Source of the DNA: Chrysomallon squamiferum
Taxonomy: Eukaryota > Animalia > Mollusca
DNA length: 64,000 nucleotides
Assembly (NCBI GenBank): GCA_012295275.1
Contig: CM022672.1
Location: 9,796,001-9,860,000 of the forward strand
Reading direction: 5' to 3'
Every line of letters begins with the position of its first letter. The stretch's first letter is position 1. A program made the position numbers and the translations under genes. Positions 1 through 16,219 of this stretch are shown in pieces. The notes beneath the pieces are model-generated. The model saw only the letters and a program-made list of their open reading frames with translations. It was not told the origin of the DNA and searched no databases.

Positions 1-765
1 ATCTGAATTTAAAAAAAATAATAAGACAAATAATAATAATAATAATAAAATAATAATAAATGAAACAAAAAAAATAAATAACAAATAACAAATAACATAA
101 TAATATAAAACAATGAGAACAAATAATAAAAAAATAGTAAGTCAATTAATCAAATAATAATGTAACAAAAATAAGAACAATAGGTAATAAAATAATAATA
201 ATACAAATATATATATAAATATATAAAAAACCCCAAAACAATCATTCTGAAGATGTAAAAATCTCATCTATAACAAGTATTATAAAATGTCATCAGAATT
301 TGTTTTGGCAAAGTCATTCTTTGGAGCCCTAGGTCTAAATGTCAATTGCGTCACTACCAGATGTCACATTTGTCTTTTCTCAACAATCCACGTTCACAAA
401 GACAGTGGTACATGAAACAGGAAACTCTGATTAAAGTGTGAAGACACAACATATTTTACCTGTCAGTGGAAAGACTCTTACACAAGAGAATTTACAACCA
501 TCCTGTCTATTTTTGTGAAATAACAGCATTTATTAAAAAAAATGTAACTGCCACGTTTCGGAAATAAGAACACAAGTGTAATGGTTGTTATACTGCATAT
601 CCAGAGGACAAAAGTGCAATGAAAAAAAAAAAAATAAAAATAAAACTCAGAAGGAAGTGTAAAAGAAAAGACATCCAGCTGGTTTCTGTGTTGTACAAAA
701 AACACAGCTGATGTGTTTGGCTCTTTTCTGATGACATTTTCTACTGTTTACAATAATTACAATGA

Positions 766-810
<45 letters not shown>

Positions 811-1057
811 AAAGTTATTAGTAACAAATAAATAAATACATTTTTGATGTTTTGTATTATATACATTTACCAAAAAAAAAAGAAGAAAAGTATATTGATA
901 AATAAATAAATTTCTGATCATATTTAGTACCATTGAAATATTAAAAAAATAATAATAATAAAAAATAAATTAAAAAATATTAGTATTAAATAAATAAATA
1001 ATAGAAACATGAATACAAATATAACTGGTTCTATTGTGTTATTTTATATACTAATAA

Positions 1058-1355
1058 CGAGAAAACAGATATCTCCTTAAGATGACATTTTACATATTAA
1101 TAAGAAAACAGATATCTCTTTGTGATGACATTTTACAACTAGTATATAGATATTTCCTTCTGATAATTTACATATTAAACAAAAACAAAAATCTCTTTCT
1201 GATGATATTTTCTCATTTACAGTAAGAAAATGCACATCTGTGTCATATTTTCCATATTAACATCAAGAAAACAGATATTTCTTTCTTATGATATTTTTGC
1301 ATATTAAGAAGAAAACAGACATCTCCTTGTGATGGTATTTTACACATTAACAAGA
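1058..1355. repeat. Degenerate minisatellite, ~36-40 bp unit (GAAAACAGATATCTC..GATGACATTTTACATATTAA)
   Basis: About 7 diverged tandem copies visible. Confidence 0.75.
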
Positions 1356-1479
1356 TATGTGAATGTTTAATACATCATTATCAAAACCTGTTTCACATAG
1401 CATTGCATAACTGACAATGAACAAGGAAATAGAAAAATAATTCAGCAATTCTGCAGTGTCAGCTTAATTAATTTTCACA

Positions 1480-1850
1480 TTTTGAGGTAAAAATTTCCTA
1501 ATTAATTAACTTTAATGTTAAGCAGAAAACTCCATGTTATTGTCATGCTGGTTTAAATTGAACATAAATTTGTAAGTTCAGTTAGTTCTCTAATTAATGT
1601 GTAACTGGTTAAAATAATTCATGTTTTCAAGTACAGTTTCCTGATTAGTTAACTAAAGGTAATGTTAGCAGAAAATTTTGTATTACTACCACATTGTTTT
1701 AAAATAACAATGAATACAATGAGAAAACTCTCCATATTATTGTCATTAAAATGAACATAAATTCATAAGTTCAGTTAGTTCTCTAATTAATCAGTAACTG
1801 GTTAAATAATTATAATGCTCAGCAAAAATTTCATGTCACTGATGCTTTGG
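1480..1850. repeat. Local direct duplication (~95 bp core at ~1526-1620 and ~1723-1812)
   Basis: Both copies share GAACATAAATT..TAAGTTCAGTTAGTTCTCTAATTAAT..GTAACTGGTTAAA. Confidence 0.8.
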
Positions 1851-2417
1851 TAAAAACAGAGCTATGTGAATCTGGAGAATTCATTAACAAAAATCAATGG
1901 CTAACACACACTTGCAATAAACCTACAGTTATTTAATATCTTTTTAATAGATCTGGTTTATCAAATGTTTCTGTCAATCTCTTTCCATTTTTACATCTGA
2001 TTATTGCCTCCACATATACACCAAAGTCTTGTTTCTAAAAATGTATTAATAAAATAATAATAAAAAAAAACATGAAGTAATTGCATGGTAAATATCTCTT
2101 TATCAAAAATATTGTTCTGCCCTATCAGAAACTAATATCCACAGGCAATATGCAGAGAATTATAATACTGCTGTTGCATATTATCTTACTATCTGTGTTT
2201 GTCCAATGCTTCATTAAATAGTCTATGTATGTGATGTTTGATTTTTGCTGTGACACACTGAAATGATTTCTGACCTTTTCATTAAGTGTCACAAACCTGA
2301 TCGCTAAAGCATGATAAGTGCTGATCAAACTGCAGTTGGATTGTTAAAGAAAATATAGAAAGGCAAGGTTTATAAAATTAATGATAAGAATATTTTCCTT
2401 ATAAGTCTTTTAGTAAA

Positions 2418-2451
<34 letters not shown>

Positions 2452-3204
2452 TTTTAAAAAATTAAGAAAAGAATAATAACAACAATAATAAAAATAATAA
2501 TAGTTAAATATAATAATAATAATAATAATAATAATATAATATGTTCATGAATATATACCACTGAAGTGCTGTTATCAGCTAAGTTGTTTTACTGCTCTTT
2601 CCAAAAGATAGATACACAACATGACATGACCTCAAATAAACTATTCTGTTATCTCTAGATAAAATAAATTATACTTCTTGTATACTAGCCATGACATAGA
2701 TCAGTAATTCCTGAACTATGGTCCAGGACATGTTGGTGTCCTTAAATGTAGTTCAAAATATCAAGAGTAAACCTGATACTCCAAATAAAAGAGAACATCA
2801 TATGGTGATTTTTTAAGGTGTAGAATATCTTCCTCTTTTTTTTTTCAATACATGGTTATAGACTACATGTCTTCTAACATGTAAACGATCAGTGAGCCTA
2901 AAAGTCAGTAGCTTACAGAATCAAATGCTAGATTCTGTTTGATAAAGAAGCAGCTCATTTTTTTATAGAATGATAATCAAGTGATTACCCACTTAGATTC
3001 AGGAGATTCATGGAAAAAATTAATTTAAACAAAAAGGGTCCCATGGTTGTGAAAAGATTAGAAACCGCTGACATTAATTTAATTAAGTTTATATATTTAT
3101 TACAATTTATAATTTTATTAGTAGTAGTAGTAGTAGTAGGAATTGTAGTGGTAGTAGTGGTAGAGGAATCAGCAGAAGGAGCAGCAACTGCAATAGTAGC
3201 ATTA

Positions 3205-3475
3205 CTGGTTGAGGATTCCTTATCAGAAATCAGAAACTTTTTGTAAGCAGCAGAAATAGTTACCAAACTGCATTGCTCATACAAACTTTATTTTATGCAC
3301 AAAATAATCAAAATATTATGTAAGAAAAAAAAATCTTTTAGACTGTTTGTATAAGCTATAAAATGAAGTATAAATGGAATTCGTATATAGACCTAGATCC
3401 CTTTCTTAGGCAATTTCCTCACATTCCAAAAGCCAACAGACCTCCAGTCCCAAGTATTTCAGATATTTCAACCTA
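3205..3475 (+). mobile_element. Decayed non-autonomous pogo/Tigger-type MITE (Tigger4/Zombi-like), copy 1
   Basis: Begins TA|CTGGTTGAGGATTCCTTATC and ends GTCCCAAGTATTTCAGATATTTCAACCTA (imperfect TIRs). Shares TTATTTTATGCACAAAATAAT and TTTGTATAAGCT with the copy at 48604. Confidence 0.65.
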
Positions 3476-4224
3476 CATTATAATTATAATTATTATATGA
3501 AACTTAACCAGGAGAGTAACAAATATCAAAATCTACAACCAGTAAGTGATAAATATCTTATGAAGGATTTATTATGGCTGGGAGGACAAACCTCCCATAC
3601 ACGATGACAAAGCAAATCTTGAACTCTTTGTACTGAATTGATTACGTATTTCAGACAGTCCTAGGTTAATAGGTCAAAAAGGTGACTAAACTGTCCCCAT
3701 CCAAGACTTGTCCTAGTTCTGTCACCTATGACAAATCCAATGTCTTTAATATTATTCTGGCACTACTCTGACAAACAGTTACTCAGCTATTAAAATATCT
3801 TCATGGGTCTTGCTTTGAAGACAAAAATAAGGTCACAATCTAGTTCTGTTATTTGGTAATCCAGTTACATTACAAACAGTGAAGGTTAAACTGTGAAGTG
3901 AATGACTGTGCATGAGAACTATGTGTTAGTTATTATGGCAAAGATGATTTATGTGTGATAATTATGTAGAAGGACATAAGTGAAAATAGGCACGTACACA
4001 CTCACATATGCTCACACATTCATACACACAAAATTACAAACTCACATTCATACACAAACACACAGGTACTTACACACTTGATTTAAAACCAGATAAAGTC
4101 AAACCTGGCACTGATAACAAAATAATAATAATAATAATAAAGAAAACAATTCTGTTTAAATTTAAAATAGTTTAACTTTATTTTTTTTATTATCTTTATA
4201 ATAAAAAATATTTTTATAAAAAAG

Positions 4225-4260
<36 letters not shown>

Positions 4261-4559
4261 CAAAGATAATTACAAAAATAGAAGACAATTGTATTTTCAT
4301 TACATGAGTTTTTATGTGTTACACTACAGTGTCGTAAAACTGTCAAGTAAAGCATTACAATGATTTAAACATCCTCTTGTCAGCATCTACATCTTCAAGC
4401 TACAGGTAACTCTGTTCTGAATATCATTAACAAGTCACATAAAACAATGATAAAAGAAAACTACAAAAAACATCCCAGCCATGTAAACATTTTTCAAAGT
4501 CATTCATTCCATGTCAGCTGTTGACACATAACACCAAAAATATTTTATTATTAACATGC

Positions 4560-5195
4560 TTCTTAGAAATCAGTTTCATAAACTCATCTAACATTATTGC
4601 TGTCTAGACACTTTTCCCGAAGTATGTCAAAAAAAAAAATGATTTAGTAACTTGTTTGTGACTGATCAATTTTATATCTGACAACAATTTCAAAGCTTGT
4701 TGCCTTAAGAACAATTCGGGAATAAAGTTTAGACAAATACAATGTTTTATTACTAATAAAATTCACAAAGCTTTCAAATTTTTGCTTACTAGACAATTTG
4801 CTTTTGATGGAAAGGTAATCGATCAGTTCTAAAAATTTGAAACCTTTTTGTACTCCCTTAAGAACATTTCAGCAATAAAGATTCCTCTGACAAAACTTAA
4901 CAAGTTTTATATGAAAATATTTGATTATAAAATATGATTCATAGAAATCAGGGCTCAGGTTCATAAAACTCTAACATTATTGCTTACGTGACAGTTTGTT
5001 TAGTAACTTGTTTCTGACTGAAAAGAACTTCTATTAATCAAGATGTTGCAAAAATTTAAAGGCATCTTGCTTCCTTAACAACAGTCTATCAATACAGATA
5101 TTACTCTAACAACATCTATCAAGTTTTATAAGAACAGATATAATTTGTATTACTCAAACAATTATTGGATTCTAGCACCCAAATTCATAAAATCT
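4560..5195. repeat. About three diverged ~190 bp tandem copies downstream of the PhyH gene
   Basis: Recurrent TTCATAAA..CTAACATTATTGCT, TTTAGTAACTTGTTT.TGACTGA, CCTTAAGAACA and CAAGTTTTATA blocks. Confidence 0.6.
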
Positions 5196-5360
5196 TTATT
5201 TTTGTTAAAGTTCTTCAGCTATTTACAGAGCAAGGATTAATAAATGATTTAGCAGTCTGCTTATGTTTGAAAGATATATCTGATCTGTTCTAGATATGGA
5301 AATACTTTAATGTTAATACTATATTTGATTTAGTTTGAATTTGTGTCTAAGACTTCACAT

Positions 5361-6332
5361 TTACTGAAGCCCCCATTTAGAACGCATCAAGTCAATGGTG
5401 GGTTCTTCAGGATCTGCCTCTTCGTTATCTTTAGCACTGAATCCAAACTTTTTTGTTGACCCCACACAGTCTCCCATGTATCTGTTGTCAAAAATATCAT
5501 CAGCTGGCTGCCACCTGGTGTCACAACTGACTCTGGCAAATTCTGTCATATTGCAAGTTGACATGTGAACAGTCCTCATGTTGAAGATCATCACATCCCC
5601 AGCACTGAAATCAGTTGTTTTCCACTGACCTCCAAACTTCTCTGTTATTTCAAATGGATCACAAGTGAACCATCCGGTACCTTTAAGATTAATAGCATCA
5701 GCGTCCATGTTTCCATAAGTCTCCTGGAAGTGTTTGAAAGCTGGCAGATGATTGGATCCCTCACACATGGCCAACACTCCCATCTCAACAGGAATGTCTC
5801 CCATAGGTGTCCACATCGTGTGCAGATCCTTTGACCCTCGGCACATGTACACATTGTCCACATGGACTCCTGTAAATGCTTCATGGTGGACAGCTCTTAG
5901 CCATTTGTAATCCAGAGTTCGTACCTCTCTACCAAACAACCGTCTGAAGAAGTTATAAGGCCTGGGTCCTTCTATGACTGCCTTCACTGCTTCACAGTGG
6001 GAAATCTCATTTCTGCCTTCCATTGACGGAATGCAACCAACTCCACAACCTTTCTGTAAAACTCCATCTCCCAGTGGATGACTGAGCTGAATCTTCTCTT
6101 CACCCGAATTCTTAATATACTCCAAAACAGCTTTTCTGGCACTGAGAACCTCATTGCGGTCATGAAATTCTCTGAGATAAAGGTAACCTTTGTTGTGTAG
6201 TTCATTCCTCAGACTGTCCACGTCATCTAAAAGACTGTTGCTGTCTTGCAGAGGCTGGAGGTAGGATGATGGAAATTCAACAGTGCGAATTCCTAGCTTC
6301 ACCTTTCTCACTTGTGTTTTACTGTCAGCCAT
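5361..6332 (-). CDS. PhyH-family (phytanoyl-CoA dioxygenase-like) Fe(II)/2-oxoglutarate-dependent dioxygenase, single coding exon, ~323 aa
   Basis: Long open frame that is more GC-rich than its flanks. It has the HxD iron motif (TGVHVDNVY), WTPMGD strand, GSNHL, GDVMIFNMRTVH (distal His) and RVSCDTRWQ (2OG-binding Arg), plus N-terminal 'ELHNKGYLYLRE' typical of PhyH domains. The track start at 6347 is a TTG; the first in-frame ATG is 6332 (MADSK). Confidence 0.9.
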   Translation of the reverse strand: MADSKTQVRKVKLGIRTVEFPSSYLQPLQDSNSLLDDVDSLRNELHNKGYLYLREFHDRNEVLSARKAVLEYIKNSGEEKIQLSHPLGDGVLQKGCGVGCIPSMEGRNEISHCEAVKAVIEGPRPYNFFRRLFGREVRTLDYKWLRAVHHEAFTGVHVDNVYMCRGSKDLHTMWTPMGDIPVEMGVLAMCEGSNHLPAFKHFQETYGNMDADAINLKGTGWFTCDPFEITEKFGGQWKTTDFSAGDVMIFNMRTVHMSTCNMTEFARVSCDTRWQPADDIFDNRYMGDCVGSTKKFGFSAKDNEEADPEEPTIDLMRSKWGLQ

Positions 6333-6367
6333 TTTATCTCCACACAAACATCCAGTTATACAATGCT

Positions 6368-6670
6368 ATTTTATACCTCCTTTACGTAACCTTAATAATA
6401 CATATAATACAGCAGTTTTCCACGTCCTTTATGTAAACATAATCAGCATACATATATTGTATAGTTCTGTACCTCTTTTATGTAAACCTAAACATCATGT
6501 ATCCACTGCATAGAGTTTACACCTCCTAAGAGTAAACTTAACTATAGTTATATACTCCTTTATGTAAACCTAATCTTCACATATATATAATATAGTTTCA
6601 AACTTCTGAATGTAACTCCTCAACAGAAAAAAATATTGTTTTGTAACTCCTTTATGTTAAATATCTTCAT
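6368..6670. repeat. Degenerate ~50 bp minisatellite immediately 5' of the PhyH start codon
   Basis: Repeated CTCCTTTATGTAAACCTAA...TATAGTT units. Confidence 0.7.
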
Positions 6671-7783
6671 CCAAATACCGTCCAAACATTAACCTTTGAA
6701 TATCAGCCAAATCTTCACACAAATCTTTACGCAAATTGTTTTTAACACCTCCTTTTTGCAAACTTTCTGTAATGTCAGACAGTCTTATGTTACCAAATGT
6801 TAATTAAATCTTCACTCAAAACTGAGTGAAAGTTTATACCTTTGTATTTTCTAAATCTCTTTCAAACTTGAATACTGATCAGCTTCACACGTGTGTACAG
6901 GTGGATAATAAAAACAATGAGACAGTGAGTGTAATGAATATAACCTATAAATAGACTGCACTGTCTAAATACTCTGTGTGTGGCTACGTATGTACAGAAT
7001 GTCCGACTGATCAATAGAGAGAACTGTCTGTGTTACATATCAGTGTTAAATAAACAGCTGCATGTGTAATATTAGATATAGAGAGATAGATGTAGGTAAC
7101 CTGGCTAACAGATAACAAGTTATAAATAATTACTAAAATAACGTCTTCGCTGTCATCTTGTTAGTATTCCCATGCAGTGAGGACACCTGGTGGTGAATTG
7201 AAGGTAAAACAAGTGGAAATAACTGTTTCAGAAAGAGAAAGGAATTACATGGAGGAAATTAATTGGTATTTAGTCCTACATTAGTTAGCTCCCTTGATTT
7301 CATATTTTTTTTTTTTTTTTTTTTATTGCTTTTATTGATGTCGCACATTTGTATGGGGGATATCCCAGGTTATGAAAGCATCACAGCTATTTTGGTTTGA
7401 TCATCAACAGCAGCTAATTTGTCAAATGACGTAGATATATGTTACAAGTCATCAAATTCCTTCCACCATGCATGTATATCATGTTAATACTTAACCAGAT
7501 AATAAATGTCTGCATATTAATGTTTACAGTGTGAAATTCAAAACGGAACCATAAACTTGTCTAAAGGATTATGTCTAGATTATGTCTAGATTATGTTGAT
7601 TTAGGACAGTGAAATGGCAGATTTACATACAGAATAATATTTAAAAAAAACAACAAAGCTCTATATAAGTGAGGTGTGTATTTTTCATTCTTCTGTACTA
7701 CAACTATGAAATTACATATATATTTGTTATTGTAAGTTAAACTCATTTATGTTTATATTTGAAAACCAGTTCTTAATTTATTA

Positions 7784-7816
<33 letters not shown>

Positions 7817-7818
7817 AG

Positions 7819-11262
<3,444 letters not shown>

Positions 11263-11552
11263 TTAACCAAAACTGTCAGCAAGAACAGTTCAGACGTGAA
11301 GGGAGAAAAATGAAAACAACAACAAATACAAAAATTAATAAACAAATAAAAAACAACAACAAAAAAAAACCAACCCCAACAGCAACAAAATGGGACATCT
11401 GGATGAACAGTACAAACACAACATATATATATATATTTTTTTAAATTCCTTTCTTCTAAAAGTTAATTTCTGTTACACACTGTATTTTATTCTCTTCTTT
11501 TCAGCAATCCTTTCTGTTTACTATTTAACTTGGTTTCTTTTCTTCATATATA

Positions 11553-11811
11553 CAGGGTTCGAATTTAACAGGGGCCCCCCAAAATTCAACCGTGCGTCCC
11601 AAACTGGTTCTCAGAACTCGCCGGCCAACAGCTATTGATGACCACCACATTGATGACAGCAGTTCTGAAGATTAAAACAACTGCAGCTACTACTAGTCAG
11701 ATTGCAGCATCAGTCACACTGCATGCATTAGCAATGCTGAAAAAAAACTGGGTCTTAATCATGGCATTTTATTGATGGGCCTTGCTAACACAAAGCTAAA
11801 TTCTAACCTTG
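11553..11811. mobile_element. hAT-like MITE just 3' of the carbonic anhydrase stop codon
   Basis: TIRs CAGGGTTCGAATTTAAC / GCTAAATTCTAACCTTG (14 of 17 complementary); flanking 8-mers CATATATA / TATATATA fit an 8-bp target-site duplication; interior is GC-richer than the flanks. Confidence 0.7.
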
Positions 11812-12063
11812 TATATATATTATTATATGAACATTTTAGATATAGTGCTTTGATATATGCTTCCAAGTCTAGGAATTTGTATCTCTCTTCTGTGGTTTAA
11901 AAAAAAAAGATGAAATAACAAAAAATATGAAGAAATATGAACTTAAAGAAAAGGAACCAAGTCTCTTATATCTTAAAACATTATTAAGCAGGACAATGTA
12001 ATTTAAAAATCGAATAATAAAAAAAATATTCAGAATTTCCTAATAAACTATGTTATTATAATT

Positions 12064-12348
12064 CAGGCTCATGCATAGGTTATATCTATTTAGCAGCTAT
12101 TTCTATAAATCAAAACAATGTTTTCTGTTTAATTATTTAAAAAAATTTAAAAACAACAACAAAAAAAAAGTATAAAAATAAAAAAAATAAAAAAAGTATT
12201 TTTGAAAAATGCCTCAAAGCATTATAAGATTATTAACACATTTTGTAAGAGATTAATTATTAATTTTTAAACATTCCTTTAAAATGGATCTTTAAAATTA
12301 ATTTGGTGGCTTATGCATGTCCCTACAAAACCCCTGCATATGGGCCTG
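12064..12348. mobile_element. Possible old MITE with CAGGC-type TIRs
   Basis: Left CAGGCTCATGCATAGG, right CCTGCATATGGGCCTG (11 of 16 complementary); no clear TSD. Confidence 0.4.
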
Positions 12349-13462
12349 AAACTTTTATTTAAAATATATTAATAAATGTCATAGTCAGATTTTTATGTAT
12401 TAATCATACACTATCTAGTTTTTAATGGTGGTTGTACACTAACTTTTGATACTGGAGAGGTCGAAAATAAACCCATGAATATTTTTTCATATAATTGTGG
12501 TGTTGGTTCACGTAGAAAATAATTACAATTGTTATTATAATGTTAGTTCATTTAATATAATAATGGTATTTGTTTACATGTGTTCAAACTTCATTCAGTA
12601 CAAACAACAGACTATTTTGATGTTCAGTATAAAATCAATGTTAAGAATACAAATATCACCATTATAAAACAAACACTAGATTACCATTATATAATATTAA
12701 ATATAAAGTTATATATTATAACCCTAAGTAAACATAACGTTAAAACATAATGTTTTGTATTAATAACAAGTAAGAGGTTGAGAAAATGAAGATAAAACAA
12801 GTGACTTAGACTTAATAAATAAAATCGGAAACAAATAAATGAAAAATAATTTAATACTGAAGACTCAGCTACTGTGCACTTTTTCTATTTGCTGTATTGC
12901 TAACAATAGTTACAAAAATGGTTAAAGTATTTAAATCATATTTTAAATTTCTCAATGCAGAAAATAAATATATTTACACAGAAAAAGATTTGTACTACCA
13001 AATAAAAAATAAAAAATAAAAAATTATTTTACTATCTTTATTATCATTTTTTTACTTTTTGAAAACTTCAATTGAAAATCACATTAGTATAAAATAATTC
13101 TTAAACACTAAACATTCATGATTATGTATTTTTCTAATCCTTATATATCAGTTCTTACACAAAACAGAAAAATATTTTTGTAATATTTTTTGCAATCAAA
13201 TCAGTAACAAAGAAGTATTTTAGAAATTGTATACCTAGTGTTTTTACTAGTGAAGAGGTGATGTTAACAATGTATATACCAGATTTTTCTATCATTGTCT
13301 GTAAATTAGAGAGCCTATTACTTACATAACTATAACCAATGAGTATTTTAATGTAATAAAAATTTTATTTTTAATTTTGTTTTAGGAATTGTTTATAGCA
13401 TGCCCCAGAATTTTTAACAATTACACACATACAAATAAAACAATAATAATTATGATGATGAA

Positions 13463-13534
<72 letters not shown>

Positions 13535-15169
13535 AAAAAAAAAACATTAAATTGTCCTCAAACGGATGGTGCCTGTTGAAATTAACTGCTAAGACTGAGT
13601 ATTCAAAGTTTTTAAATTTACAAAAATTCTCACACTGATATGGATATGCTCATATTAATATATATTTTGAGAACATAATTCAGAATAGATATTTCAAACT
13701 TTTGAAGAAAAAAGAACATTTTAAGAAACATTTAAAAAAATTCACAAACCACTCTCAAAACCCCTCCAAAAAACAACCCAACCAACCAAACAAATGAAAT
13801 AGTAAAAATAATAACATTAACACAATAATCATAACAACAACAACAACAAAACAACAATTTAGAAAGAAAGAAAAGGAAAACATATTTAACCTATAAATCT
13901 GTATTAATCATAAAACCTGAAGAAAAAATAAAAAACAAACAAATGTAACACCAAAAAAAAAAAAAAAATAATAATAATAAAAACAAAAATAAAAAATTAA
14001 TAAAACAAATAAATACATAAAAATTTTCCCCTGAACCATATAAACAGCTTATTTATGACCTTTACATAAACTACACATCTGAAAGTAAAATGTCAAATTA
14101 ATTTAGAAAATTTTCTAACTCTCGAAGAGCTAATTCCACCGAGATTTAGAAAATAGAATTCTTCTTCACAATTTTTACTTAGCCAAATTCAAGAATTAAT
14201 TAACCAAGGAAGCGATATGACCTTTTGAACAGTTTGTGTATGGATTATATCTGGTTTTATCTGTATGGATTAAACCTTACAGTTTGACAGATTATCAGTT
14301 GTTTTTCTGAAATAAAATTATTATTATTATTTTTTTTTTTTTTTAAAACCTGTATTAATTTTACCTGCTTAATCTCTATTGGTTTTTCACATTAGATTTT
14401 AAGAAAGAAGTATAAACAAGTTCAAAAAATCTTCAATTTATCAAGAATATGGCAAAGAATAAACAAAAAGATCACTTGCTACTTAATCAGTATGATCAAT
14501 CAGTTTTATGATGATAGCAAATATTCTATCCTGTACTGTCATTCTTCAAAAAATCTAATTTCAAATTTAATATCTGCTAATAACAAAAGCATCATCATGA
14601 AATAAATATTAATTATTTCATTGTCATAATTTTTCACTCTGATTCAATGACTTCCAGAAATTCTTAAAATTTAAAAAAGAAATTGTATCTTCAGTTTATC
14701 TAAAAAGAAAAAAAAAACTGTCAGATTTTTGTCACATAATGTCAGATGATATATTGTTTCTGCATTCTCTGAAGAATATTATTTTACAAATTAAAATGAA
14801 TCTGTGTGGACGGCTGATATCTTGTTTCTGTAGGACCGACTAAACAAGAAAACAATAAACAGTTTGATACTCACTAATCTACCAAGATGTCGTAAAACTG
14901 ATCATTACTTAGAGCACACACAGCTGACATGGACAGGTATTATTAATATTAGTTTCTTCTCCGCGTTCACAAAACCACAAAAGATCTGTTTGGTTGTCGG
15001 TGTTAATTTTATAACAAATGCATTAATGATAAAATGACAAAATTATGGGTTCTAAGTTTTGCAGACAATAAATAATTTTAAAAAGTTACAAGTCCAAGTG
15101 CAACAGAAAAAAAAATGTAAACATATAATAGAAAAAAAAAAAATATATATATATACATGATAAAGTAGT

Positions 15170-15835
15170 AGCTGTAAAATAATAAAAACTATGAAGAAAT
15201 GGTAGCTGCAGTTGTTTAAGAAAAAACTATGATGTTGTAACAGATCAACAAAAACTAAGAAAAAGAAGTTGCTTTAAGTATAATATATATATATATATAT
15301 ATTAAAAGCCCTATGAAAGAGTTTATAAAAATATAACTATTTAGTTTTAAATGTGCTATAGATAAAAACTAAGACATAACTGTATGTATAACTGACAAAC
15401 AAAAACGTTTAACTGTAACAGATACAAATTATGAAGAGGTTGTAATTATAATAATTGCATATTATGAGGTTGACATTTTAAGATAATAGATATATGCTCT
15501 GAAGAGGTTGGTGTCTTAGGTGTATTAGAAGTAAACTATGAAGAGGTTGTAAATCATGAAGAAGTAACTGTGACAAATCAGAACTCTGAAAAGGTTGATG
15601 TTTTAAATATAAAATATACACTATGAACAAGTTATAACTAATAAATAAAAACTATGAAAAAGTTGATGTGTAATTCATATAATCTAAAAAGAAGTTATAA
15701 CTAAGAAATAAAAGCAGTGAAGAAGTTGTAACTGTAACATAATAAAACAATGAAGATGCTGTAACTGTAAAATATAAAAACTATGGAAACGTTGTAACTG
15801 TAACAGATAAAAGCTATGACGTTGTCCAGTTATAA
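15170..15835. repeat. Degenerate minisatellite, ~33 bp unit (AAAACTATGAAGAGGTTGTAACTGTAACAGAT)
   Basis: Many diverged tandem copies. Confidence 0.8.
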
Positions 15836-16219
15836 CAGTTTCCAGCAACAAGCCACAAGCCAAATCTTGACCAGAACGAAACTTTTAATACCGCCAATTA
15901 TTAATACTTCAGAACAAACCGGGAAAGCAAAATGTATACACCCAGTCACATCACACACCTCCAAATGAAATAAGTTCAATATCTAACAAGCACTTGAATC
16001 TAGTCACCTCAGGCAGATCATTCTCAATTAATATCCATCACATATATTTATGAAGCAGATAAATTTTATTTACTTTGAGGAAATTAAAAACCAAGAAAAA
16101 AAAAGAGAAAAAATTAAAAACCCACAAACATTTTTTTAAAATTCAGTCAGTATATTTCAACAATCATTTATAAAATATACAAAATTATTTATTAAAGAAA
16201 GAAAGATTAAGAAAATGAC

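Noticed and set aside
287-332. Candidate CA exon 1 (MSSEFVLAKSFFGALG|), correct phase 1, which would make the dioxygenase nested
   Set aside because: The donor GTCTAA is poor and the hydrophobic core is interrupted by Lys; not supportable without transcripts.
5565-6205. ORFs 5565(+), 5645(-) and 5984(-)
   Set aside because: Shadow or alternate frames of the dioxygenase CDS.
7338-7368. Candidate CA exon 1 (MSHICMGDIPG|), phase 1
   Set aside because: Not signal-peptide-like, and the donor GTTATG is weak.
7706-7731. ATG exon MKLHIYLL with a strong GTAAGT donor downstream of a TATA-like motif
   Set aside because: Ends in phase 2; splicing to 7819 shifts the frame and hits a TGA.
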